The notes under the pieces: model-generated
What the model was told of the DNA's origin: nothing
Database searches by the model: none
The model's input: the letters and a program-made list of their open reading frames with translations, nothing else
In this document: one piece after another, positions 1-9,321 of the stretch
Layout of the letters: every line of letters begins with the position of its first letter
Position numbering within the stretch: position 1 is the stretch's first letter
DNA from: an uncultured bacterium
Lineage (GTDB): Bacteria; Actinomycetota; Geothermincolia; Geothermincolales; Geothermincolaceae
Length of the DNA stretch: 64,000 nt
Direction of reading: 5' to 3'
NCBI GenBank assembly: GCA_963814495.1
Contig: CAWFDJ010000016.1
Coordinates: forward strand, 28,106-92,105
Translations under genes and position numbers: made by a program

Positions 1-117
1 GACCTGGGCAGCACCAACGGCACCTACGTAAACGAGCGCAGGATCAATTACCCGGTGGACCTGCGCCACGGGGACCGCGTCAAGATCGGCGGCACCGTGA
101 TGGAGTTCAGGAGGTAG
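1..117 (+). CDS. FHA-domain protein, C-terminal fragment (gene starts upstream of window)
   Basis: Translation DLGSTNGTYVNERRINYPVDLRHGDRVKIGGTVMEFRR* is a typical FHA-domain C-terminus; position upstream of the PP2C phosphatase matches the actinobacterial fhaB-pstP arrangement. Confidence 0.5.
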   Translation, partial: DLGSTNGTYVNERRINYPVDLRHGDRVKIGGTVMEFRR

Positions 118-120
118 CCC

Positions 121-925
121 ATGCGGTACGCGGCACTGACTGACGCCGGGCAAGGTACGGGAGATCAACGAGGACAACTACTACGCCGACGGCTCCATCT
201 TCATCGTGGCCGACGGCATGGGCGGACACCAGGCGGGAGAGGTGGCCAGCACCCTGGCCATCGAGACCTTCCTGGTCCGCTTCGCCGGCCGGGCGGAGGA
301 GGCCGACATCCCGCGCGCCATGCAGGAGGCCATGCGGGAGGCCAACACCGCCATCTTCCGGGAGGCCGGCACGGCCAGCGACCGGGAGGGCATGGGCACC
401 ACCTTCACCGCCTGCGTCTTCCAGGACGGCATGATGTACCTGGGCCACGTGGGAGACAGCCGCGCCTACATCTGGGCCGACGGCGGGCTGGAACAGCTCA
501 CCGAGGACCATTCCCTGGTGGCGGAGCTGGTGCGCAGCGGCCGCATCACCCCGGAGCAGGCCCTCCGCCACCCCCAGCGCAACATCATCACCCGGGCCCT
601 GGGCATCGACGACGAGGTGCGGGTGGACATCTTCGAGGCGCAGGTGCCGGGCCGGGGCTGGCTGCTGCTGTGCTCAGACGGCCTCAACGGCATGATCTCC
701 GACGAGCACATCTCCGGCATCCTCTCGAGCGGCGGGGACCCGGACGCTCTGGCCGGCAGGCTGGTGGAGGCGGCCCTGGAGAAGGGCGGCGGCGACAACG
801 TCACCGTGGTCCTGGCCGACCTCTCCACCTACGACCCCGCGGCGGACCGGCCGGCTCCCGCCCGCGCGGAGGAAGCCGGAAGGCCGGGGAAGCCGGGGAA
901 GGCCGCCGGGGCCGCCGGTTCTTAA
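121..925 (+). CDS. pstP: PP2C-family Ser/Thr protein phosphatase (PstP-like); frameshift near nt 148
   Basis: N-terminus MRYAALTDAG then, after a +1 shift, KVREINEDNYYADGSIFIVADGMGGHQAGEVAS...GTTFTACV...LLLCSDGL (PP2C metal-binding motifs). Six-frame ORFs 121.. and 206..925 together cover the domain. Confidence 0.75.
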
Positions 926-1506
926 GGCCGCTGCTCTGGCTGGCGCTTTTCCTGTTCATAGCCGTCGTCGTGACGGCCCTGTTCTTCTTCCCCCTGATGA
1001 AGAACCGCAGCTACTTCGTGGGCGTGGACGAGCAGGGGACCATCACCCTGTACCGGGGGTTCCCCTGGAAGCCCCTGGGCATCAGCCTGAAGGACGTCTA
1101 CCAGACCTCCTACGAGTCCATCGACAACCTCCCGGAGGAGAAGCAGGAGGACCTGCGCAACCCGGTCACCAAGGACCTGACGGGAGCGGAGCTGGACTTC
1201 AAGTCCTATACCAACGAGGCCAGGACCCACCGGCGGGTCCCCGACCTGATGGGACTGACCTGGGAGAAGGCGAAATCGGAGGCCTTCCGGAACATGCTCA
1301 GGCTGGAGTCCGAGGACCTGGGCGAACCGGACCCCGCGGCCGTCATAATCGGGCAGCGTCCCGCTTCCGGGGAACTGGTCGAACTGGACAGCGTCATATT
1401 CGTGAGCCTGCAGCCACCCGCGCAGGGGAGCAGCGAAGAAGACGCCCCGGAGCCAGCGACCGCGCCGGATTCCTCATCGACGCCCTGGGGCGAGGTGGGG
1501 AAGTGA
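926..1506 (+). CDS. TM helix plus extracellular PASTA-like domain, in the same frame as the 121 start; probable C-terminal part of the PstP-like protein
   Basis: LWLALFLFIAVVVTALFFFPL (TM) followed by VPDLMGLTWEKAKSEAFRNMLRLESEDLGEPDPAAVIIGQRPASGELVELDSVIFVSL, which fits the PASTA consensus; no independent start/RBS seen. Confidence 0.4.
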
Positions 1507-1523
1507 GAGAAGCGTGAACCGAT

Positions 1524-2834
1524 TTGCGTAACCTGGTCTACCGGCTGGGGCTGGACAACCGCCGGCGCAACCGCGAGTTCCTGCTGCTGCTGGGCATCCT
1601 GGTCATCTCCACGCTGGGGACCCTCAGCGTGGAGCTGGCGCGGGACGGCCGGTTCTCCTGGCAGTTCCTGGCCTACCCGCTGGGCCTGTTCGGCATCTTC
1701 TTCGCCGCCCACCTGTGCGTGCGTATCTTCCTGCCCGAGGCGGACTACCTGGTGCTCCCGCTCACCGCGGCCCTCTCGTCCCTGGGGCTGGTGATGCTCG
1801 ACCGCCTCGACCCCGACCTGGCGCGCCTGCAGTTCGTCTGGATCGCGGTCGGAGCGGCCTGCTTCATGCTGTTGATCCTGGTCTTGCGGGACGTCAAGGC
1901 GCTCGCGGACTACAAGTACATCATCGCCCTGACCGGGCTGCTCCTGCTCTTCTCCACCTTCATCTTCGGGACCGAGGTCAACGGGGCCCGCCTGTGGCTG
2001 GTGGTGGGCCCGCTGCGCTTCCAGCCCTCCGAGCTGGCCAAGATCCTGCTGGCCATCTTCTTCGCCGCCTACCTGGCGGACAAGCGGGAGATGCTCACCG
2101 AGGCGGGCAGGAAGGTGGGGGGCTTCGAGGTGCCCCACCTCAAGCACCTGGGGCCGCTGCTGCTGATGTGGGCGCTCTCGCTGCTGATGCTGATCTTCCA
2201 GAAGGACCTGGGCTCCTCGCTGCTCTTCTTCGGCATCTTCCTGGCCCTGATCTACGTGGCCACCTCCCGCGTCTCCTTCGTGGTCATCGGGCTGCTGCTC
2301 TTCCTGGTGGGGGCGACCTGCTGCTACTTCGCCTTCGCCCACGTCGAACAGCGGGTGAAGATCTGGGTGGACCCGCTGAACCCGGCGACCATCGACGGCC
2401 CCAGTTACCAGCCGGCCCAGTCGCTCTTCGCCATCGCCTCGGGGGGCGTGGCCGGCACCGGGCTGGGCCGCGGCCACCCCGATTTCATCCCCGACGTCAC
2501 CACCGACTTCATCTTCGCGGCCTACGCCGAGGAGCTGGGCATGCTGGGGGCGGTGTCCATCCTCCTGGCCTATCTCATGCTGGCCTGGCGGGGGCTGCGC
2601 ATCGCCCTGCACCGGGAGGACGACTTCGGCAAGCTCCTGGCGGTGGGGCTCACCGCCATCGTGGCCCTGCAGTCCTTCGTGATCATCGGGGGGGTGACCC
2701 GGCTCATCCCGCTGACCGGCATCACCCTGCCCTTCGTAAGCTACGGCGGCAGTTCCGTCCTCACCAATTTCCTGCTGGTGGGGCTGCTGGTCATCCTCTC
2801 CAACCGCGGGGAGGAGGCGCCGGAGCATGGATAA
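1524..2834 (+). CDS. rodA: SEDS-family peptidoglycan polymerase (RodA/FtsW)
   Basis: 436-aa multi-TM ORF with FtsW/RodA/SpoVE hallmarks (..PSELAKI.., ..GITLPFVSYGGSS..); 8-nt overlap with downstream PBP gene. Confidence 0.85.
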   Translation: MRNLVYRLGLDNRRRNREFLLLLGILVISTLGTLSVELARDGRFSWQFLAYPLGLFGIFFAAHLCVRIFLPEADYLVLPLTAALSSLGLVMLDRLDPDLARLQFVWIAVGAACFMLLILVLRDVKALADYKYIIALTGLLLLFSTFIFGTEVNGARLWLVVGPLRFQPSELAKILLAIFFAAYLADKREMLTEAGRKVGGFEVPHLKHLGPLLLMWALSLLMLIFQKDLGSSLLFFGIFLALIYVATSRVSFVVIGLLLFLVGATCCYFAFAHVEQRVKIWVDPLNPATIDGPSYQPAQSLFAIASGGVAGTGLGRGHPDFIPDVTTDFIFAAYAEELGMLGAVSILLAYLMLAWRGLRIALHREDDFGKLLAVGLTAIVALQSFVIIGGVTRLIPLTGITLPFVSYGGSSVLTNFLLVGLLVILSNRGEEAPEHG

Positions 2835-4257
2835 GAACATCCGGAGGCTGGGCATCTTCTACGCCGTGCTCATCGGGGCCCTGGTGCTCAACCTGACCTG
2901 GCTGCAGGTGATGCACAACAACGAGCTGACCGCCAATCCCGACAACCGCCGGAGGCTGGTGGAGGAGTACGGCGTCAAGCGGGGGCGCATCCTCACCTCC
3001 GACGGGGTGCTGCTGGCCGAGAGCCTGGAGGGGACGGGGGATATCAAGTACACGCGCCACTATCCCCAGGGCGTCCTCTACGACCACGTCACCGGCTACG
3101 ACAGCCCCCAGTTCGGCCGCACCGGGCATCGAGTCCCAGTACAACGACTACCTGCTGGCCAAGGACAAGGTCCTCACCGAGCTGCAGCGGCTGACGCGCA
3201 CGCGCAAGGAGGGCTACGACGTCACCCTGACCGTCGACAGCATGGTACAGGAGGCGGCCGCGGCGGCCCTGGGCGAGCGCAAGGGGGCGGTGGTGGCGGT
3301 CAACCCTCGCACCGGGGCGGTGCTGGCCATGGTCTCCTGGCCCGACTACGACCCCAACCTGCTGATGGGGCAGGAGATGGTGGGTTCGCAGACCTCGGGG
3401 GAGCTGGCCATGGAGGAATACGCCGCCGACCCCTCCATCCCCCTTGCTCAACCGGGTGACCCAGGGCACTCTACCGCCCCGGCTCCACCTTCAAGGTGGT
3501 CACGGCGGCGGCGGCCATCGACGGGGCGGGCATCCCCACCTCCCGGGTCTACAACTGCCCGGGGGAGATGATCATCGGCGGCTCCAAGGTCTACAACTAC
3601 GACGGCAACAGCTTCGGGGAGATCGACATGGAGACCGCCATGATCCACTCGGTCAACACCTACTTCGCCCAGCTGGCGGTGGAGACGGGCGGGCAGACGC
3701 TGGTGGAGTACGCGGAGGCGGGGGGCATGAACCGGCTCATCCCCCTGGACCTGCCCGAGGTGAGCCAGGTCTTCCATCCCCCAGGCCTGGCAGATGGACG
3801 ACGCGCAGCTCGCGGCCACCGGTTACGGGCAGGGCAGCGAACTGGTGACCCCGCTGCAGATGTGCATGTTCGGGTGCGCCGTGGCCAACGGCGGCGGCAT
3901 CATGTACCCGCACCTCCTGAAGGACGTGCGCGACCGGGAGAACATCGTCGAGCAGTTCGAGACCAGGGAGTGGTCCCGGATGATGTCCGCTTCCTCCGCC
4001 TCCACCCTGCTTCAGATGATGCGCGACGTGGTGACCGAGGGGACCGGGAGGGCCGCGCCATCCCCGGCCATTCGGTGGCCGGCAAGACCGGAACGGCGGA
4101 GGTGGAGGGGCAGAAGGACTACACCTGGTTCCTGGGCATCGCCGACGTCCAGAACCCGCAGATCGTGGTGGCCGTGGTGGTGGAGGCCAGCGGCGGCTCC
4201 GGCGGGTCGGTGGCCGCGCCCATCGCCAGGCAGGTCATGGAGGCCGCTTTGCAGTAG
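2827..4257 (+). CDS. pbpA: Class B penicillin-binding protein (PBP2-type transpeptidase), split over at least 4 frames
   Basis: N-terminal TM + dimerisation region (2827..3130), then STFK active-site motif (..GSTFKVVTAAAAIDGAG..), SVN, and KTGTAE (..AGKTGTAEVEG..) in successive frames ending with ..VMEAALQ* at 4257. Confidence 0.8.
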
Positions 4258-4275
4258 AATATGTAGGACCGATCG

Positions 4276-4331
4276 CCTTGTCTTTGCGAGGAGCTTGCGA
4301 CGAAGCAATCAAAAGGTCGCTGCGCTCGCGA
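4276..4331. repeat. 55-nt imperfect palindromic intergenic element, copy 1 (reverse orientation relative to copy at 38366..38428)
   Basis: Reverse complement of 4284..4310 is identical to the 27-mer GATTGCTTCGTCGCAAGCTCCTCGCAA at 38398..38424; flanks also similar and self-complementary. Confidence 0.5.
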
Positions 4332-4364
4332 CGACCGGGCGGCCTTGTCCGCTGAGCGACGGGA

Positions 4365-5732
4365 GTGATGGAGCTGAACGACAACGGGAACGCGGACGGC
4401 ATCTTCGCCGGCAGGATCATCAAGAACCGGTACCGCCTGGACGAGCAGGCCGGCTCTACCAGCGTGTGCGCGGTCTACCGCGGGTACGACCTGCTGGAGT
4501 CGTCGCCCGTGGCCATCAAGGTGCTCGACCCCGCGCCGGGGGAACTGGCGGAGGTGCGCAACCCCTTCCTGGCGGCCGCGCGGCGCTCCGCCCGCCTGAG
4601 CTTCCCCTCCCTGGTGACGGTGTACGATTTCGGCCTGGAGGAACGTACGGCCTTCGCGGTGGAGGAGCCGGTGGAGGGGGAGACCCTGGACGCCAAGTTC
4701 TCCGACGGCCGCAAGATGAACGTCCAGGGCTTCCTGAGCTTCGCCTACCAGGTGACCGAGACGGTGGAGCAGCTCCACGCCGCCGGAAGCGTGCACGGCA
4801 ACATCCGGCCGGAGAACATCTACATCCTGCCGGCGTCCAAGGTCAAGCTGGCCAACGCCGGTTACCCCTACGTCGACCCCGCCAGCGGCCAGGTGGTGGT
4901 GCCCTTCCCCAAGGACGCCAACCGCGAGGCCGACCTCAAGTCCCTGGGGTTCCTCTTCTACAGGTGCCTGACCGGGAGGGAGCTCGACCCGGCCCTGCTG
5001 GAGGGGGACTCGCCCACGCCCCGGCTGGACCTGGGCGAGGAGGTGCCCGCCAAGGTGACCCAGATACTGGAGAAGACCCTGTCCCGCGGGGAGAACGCCC
5101 GCTTCGCCAGTGCCGGGGACCTGCGGAAGGAACTGGGAGTGGCCCTGCAGCGGGAGAACCCCATGGCCGCCCTGCCCGGGGCGGCGCCCCCGGAGGAGGA
5201 GCCTCCCCCGCCGCCCCGCGGATTCCTGCACAGGTTCTCCCGGACCCAGATCATCGTCGGGGCGGTAGTGCTGACGGTGCTGGCGGTGGTGCTGGTGATG
5301 GAGGTGCTCGCCCTGCTGGGACCCAGGAACCGGGTGGACACCCCCAACCTGGTGGACAGGAACGTCGAGGAAGCGCGCAAGGAGGCCGAGAGCGACGGCC
5401 TGGAGATGGTGGTGACCAGGGAGGAGTACCGTTCCGACATCAAGGCCGGGCGCGTGGTCTCCCAGAACCCGCCGGCCGGCAAGCGCATCAACGAGGGGGA
5501 CACCATCTCGGTGGTGGTGAGCACGGGGCCGCTGCAGGTGCCCAACCTGAGCCTGCTGCCCGTCGAGGACGCCACCGCCCTGCTCAGGTCACGCGGCCTG
5601 GAGGTGGGGGACATCTACTACGAAGTCACCTCGGAGTACCGTCCGGGCATCGTCCTCGACAGCGACCCCCCCTTCGGCACGGAGGTCTCCGGCGGCGACC
5701 GGGTCGACCTGGTGGTGAGCAAGTCGCCCTAG
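4365..5732 (+). CDS. PASTA-domain pseudokinase (kinase-like fold lacking catalytic Asp and Gly-rich loop) with C-terminal TM and two PASTA domains
   Basis: Kinase-like region has VAIK and ..HGNIRPENIYI.. instead of HRDxKPxN, with no GxGxxG; TM IIVGAVVLTVLAVVLVMEVLALL; two PASTA units (..NLVDRNVEEARKEAESDGLEMVV.., ..LSLLPVEDATALLRSRGLEVG..). Confidence 0.7.
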   Translation: MMELNDNGNADGIFAGRIIKNRYRLDEQAGSTSVCAVYRGYDLLESSPVAIKVLDPAPGELAEVRNPFLAAARRSARLSFPSLVTVYDFGLEERTAFAVEEPVEGETLDAKFSDGRKMNVQGFLSFAYQVTETVEQLHAAGSVHGNIRPENIYILPASKVKLANAGYPYVDPASGQVVVPFPKDANREADLKSLGFLFYRCLTGRELDPALLEGDSPTPRLDLGEEVPAKVTQILEKTLSRGENARFASAGDLRKELGVALQRENPMAALPGAAPPEEEPPPPPRGFLHRFSRTQIIVGAVVLTVLAVVLVMEVLALLGPRNRVDTPNLVDRNVEEARKEAESDGLEMVVTREEYRSDIKAGRVVSQNPPAGKRINEGDTISVVVSTGPLQVPNLSLLPVEDATALLRSRGLEVGDIYYEVTSEYRPGIVLDSDPPFGTEVSGGDRVDLVVSKSP

Positions 5733-5884
5733 GGCGCCCGGGGCCGCGGGCCGCGGGCCGCGCCGGGAGCGCTTCACGGGAATGGCGCGTCATAACATAG
5801 TACGATACCGGCCTTGAAGGATAAGAAAAGGCCGGGAAGAAATATTGAAAGGGACTTATCCCGACAAGGAAAGGCGAGACCCGT

Positions 5885-7733
5885 ATGCTGGGAAGCGTGT
5901 TCAATAACCGTTACAGCCTCAAGGAGAAGATAGGCTCGGGGGGCATGTCCGACGTCTACCTGGCGGACGACCTGACCCTCAACCGGCCGGTGGCGGTGAA
6001 GATCCTCCACCCCGAATTCGCCCGGGACCCCTCCTACATCCAGCGTTTCCGGTACGAGGCGCAGTCGGCGGCCAACCTCAACCACCCCAACATCGTCAGC
6101 GTCTACGACTGGGGCAACGAGGGTGACGTCTACTACATCGTCATGGAGTACGTGGAGGGGCGCGACCTCAAGGAGCTGTTGAGGGAGCAGGGCCGGCTGG
6201 GACCGGAGCGGGCGGCGGAGATCACCGCGGAGATAGCGGCGGCCCTGCAGTTCGCCCACCGCCACAACCTGGTGCACCGGGACATCAAGCCGCACAACGT
6301 CATCATCACCCCCACCGGCCAGGTGAAGGTGATGGACTTCGGCATCGCCCGCGCCGCCTCCGGTACGGGCATGACCCAGACCGGCGTGGTCATGGGCACC
6401 GCCCAGTACCTCTCCCCCGAGCAGGCCCAGGGCCTGCCGGTGGACGGCCGCTCGGACATCTACTCGCTGGGCATCGTCATCTACGAGATGCTCACCGGCC
6501 GGGTCCCCTTCGACGACGAGAACCCCCTGACCGTGGCCTATCGCCAGGTGCGGGACGACCCGGTGCCCCCTTCCGTGATGGACCCCTCCATCCCGGCCAC
6601 CATGAACTCCATCGTCATGAAGGCGCTGGCCAAGAACCCCGCCAACCGCTACCAGACCGCCCAGGAGCTCAAGGCCGACCTCCTGCGCTTCCTGGAGGGC
6701 ATCCCGGTCACCGCCACGCCGGTAATGCCGGTGGCCGCGAGCGCGGTGGCCCCGATGTCCGACATCTCGGCGCCGGTCATGCCCACCGCCGCCATGCCCA
6801 CCGCGCCGCAGATGCCTCAGGAAGGCAGGAAGACCCCCGCCTGGGTCTGGGGCCTGGTCGCCGGCCTGGGAGTGCTGGCGCTCATCGGCATCATCCTCCT
6901 CATCGTCACGACCGGCCGCAAGAGCATGGTCGACGTCCCCAGGATCATCGGCATGAGCGAGGCCGAGGCCAAGAGCGCCCTGGAGGCGGAGGGGCTCAAG
7001 CTGGAGATCAAGTCCGAACAGTACATCACGGAGGAGGGGGTCCAGCCGGACCAGGTCGTCTCCCAGGACCCGGAGAACGGCACCCGTATCGAGAAGGGCA
7101 GCTCGGTGGCGGTGGTCGTCACCCGGGAGCTGCGGGTGCCGCAGCTGGTGGGGATGTCCTACGGGGACGCCGCCAGCCAGCTGAACAAGGTGGGGCTGAA
7201 GGCCGACAGGAAGCAGAGGCCCACCAAGAAGCAGGAAGAGGTGGACGTGGTGCTCACCCAGTCCCCCGGCAACGGCACCCTGACCACCCCGGGCTCCTCC
7301 GTCACCCTGGAGGTGGGGGCCCTGCTGGAGAAGGTGTCGGTGCCCGGCGTCAAGGGCAAGACCGCCGCCGAGGCGGAGACCCTCATCACCGGGAAGGGCC
7401 TGCTGGTGAACAAGGTGGAACAGCCCTCCGAGACGGTCAAGATAGGGATGGTCATCGAACAGGACCCGGCCTCCGGGACCACCGTCTACCAGGGGGACAC
7501 CGTCACCATCTACGTGAGCACCGGGATGGAGGTGCCCGAGCTGGTCGGGCTGACCGAGTCCGCCGCCAAGGGCATGCTGACCTCCAAGGGCCTGACCTGG
7601 AGCGTCGTCTACCAGACGGTCGCCAACCCCGCCGACCCGCGAACTGGGCAAGGTCATCGCCCAGAACCCGGCGGACGGGACCATGGTGGAGCCGGGCAGC
7701 GAGGTCGCCATCACCGTCAAGAAACTCCCCTAA
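5885..7733 (+). CDS. pknB: Ser/Thr protein kinase with 4 extracellular PASTA domains (PknB-like); C-terminal frameshift near 7640
   Basis: [28 protein letters not shown] motifs; TM; four PASTA repeats; true end ..[30 protein letters not shown] in +1 frame at 7733. Confidence 0.85.
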
Positions 7734-7734
7734 T

Positions 7735-7844
7735 GGGGTCAGGTCTCGAATCTTGAATTTCCTGCCAGATAATGGTAATCGATAGGCTTGCTCCGCTACT
7801 TGCAGAAATATGGGTGGAAATTCACGCAATAGAGACCTGACCCC
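7735..7844. repeat. 110-nt element bounded by perfect 13-bp inverted repeats GGGGTCAGGTCTC / GAGACCTGACCCC with lower-GC interior; terminator/MITE-like
   Basis: Inverted repeats read directly at 7735..7747 and 7832..7844; lies between convergent pknB and phoU; same GGGGTCAGGTC motif recurs at 16378, 42008, 57390. Confidence 0.5.
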
Positions 7845-7846
7845 AT

Positions 7847-8522
7847 TCAGTGGTGCTGGTCGTCGTCCTGGACGGAGCCGGTGACCAGGAAGCGCACGTG
7901 CTCGCCGATGTCCACGGCGTGGTCGGCGATGCGCTCCACGAAGCGGGAGATCATCACCACCCGGATGACCGTCTCCAGGTCCTCGCAGCTCTCCTGGTTG
8001 AAGCCGGTGAAGAAGGCCCGGTTGATGTCGTCCACCTTCTCGTCCATCACGGATAGCTCGTCGGAGATGGCCAGGTCCTTGGCCTTGAAGGCCTCCATGG
8101 CGCGGGCCAGGATCTCGCGAGGCGATGCGGAACATCTCGTCCATGTTCTCCCTGATCCAGGGGGAGAGGGTCCGGCCTTCCAGGTTCTTGATGGCCTTGG
8201 AGATGTTGACGCAGAGGTCGGCCACCCGCTCCAGGTGCTGGGCCAGCCGCATGATCACGATGATGTTGCGCAGGTCGATGGCGACCGGGGCCTGGCGGGC
8301 GATGAGCTCGAAGCCGTTCTCCTCCACCCGCTCGCGGTAGTCGTCGACGATGTCGTCGGAGGCGATGATGCGCCCGGCCGCGGCGATGTCCAGGGCGGCG
8401 AAGGCCTGGCGGGTCTCCTCGATCATCTCCAGGCAGCGGTTGGACATGCGCAGCAGGTCCAGGTAGAGCTCGTCCAGCTGCTGGTGGAAGGTCTTTCTCA
8501 GCCCGTTCTCCTCGATTGCCAT
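7847..8522 (-). CDS. phoU: Phosphate uptake regulator PhoU, copy 1 (frameshift near 8112; upstream pstB reads into it in-frame)
   Basis: [29 protein letters not shown]...; nucleotide sequence nearly identical to intact copy at 12010..12687 except an extra g near 8112. Confidence 0.75.
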
Positions 8523-9317
8523 CAGCACCCCTATCCGAATCTGCCCGGTGATGTACCGTTCCGTCCGTTCGTCCGTGGGATTGGTGAAGATCTGGTTGGT
8601 GTCACCATGCTCTATCAGCCGTCCCGGTTCCCCCTGCTCCTGCACCAGCATGAACGCGGTGTAGTCGCTCACCCGCGCCGCCTGCTGCATATTATGGGTA
8701 ACTATAACCATTGTGAAGTTCTTTTTCAACTCCGCCATGAGGTCCTCGATCTTCTGGGTGGAGACCGGGTCGATGGCCGAGCAGGGCTCGTCGAAGAGGA
8801 TCACCTCCGGCTGCACCGCGATGACCCGGGCGATGCACAGCCGCTGCTGCTGCCCGCCGGAGAGGTTCTGGCCCGACTCCTTGAGGATGTTCTTGACCTC
8901 GTCCCACAGGGCGGCCCGCTTCAGGCTGTCCTCCACGATGGCGTCCAGCTTGCCCTTGTCCTTGAGGCCGGTGAGCTTGGGCCCGTAGGCCACGTTCTCG
9001 TAGATGCTCTTGGGGAAGGGGTTGGGGCGCTGGAAGACCATGCCCACCCGCCGGCGCAGGTCGATGACGTCGTAGCCGGGCTGGTAGATGTTCTCCCCGT
9101 CCAGGGCCACCGAGCCCTCCACCCGGCAGGTGTCGATGATGTCGTTCATGCGGTTGAGGCAGCGCACCAGGGTGCTCTTGCCGCAGCCGGAGGGGCCGAT
9201 CAGCGCGGTGATCTTGCGGGCCGGGACGCTCAGGGTGATGTCTTCCAGCGCCTTGAAGGGCCCGTAGAAGAGATTGAGGCCCTCGGCCGCCATCTTGATC
9301 CCGTTGCTCTCGCTCAT
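8523..9317 (-). CDS. pstB: Phosphate ABC transporter ATP-binding protein PstB, copy 1 (no stop codon; in-frame readthrough into phoU)
   Basis: Walker [10 protein letters not shown], signature [14 protein letters not shown], Walker [14 protein letters not shown]-terminal TERYITG typical of PstB. Confidence 0.85.
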
Positions 9318-9321
9318 ATCG

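Noticed and set aside
1206-2855. 549-aa minus-strand ORF antisense to rodA, plus many similar long ORFs (e.g. 5774..7720 -, 3794..5800 +, 24881..26566 +, 37982..40219 -, 10277..11074 +, 20900..22207 +)
   Set aside because: Products are Arg/Gly/Pro/His-rich low-complexity strings with no motifs. They lie antisense to, or out of frame with, genes that have clear conserved domains. High GC suppresses stop codons, so long spurious ORFs are expected.
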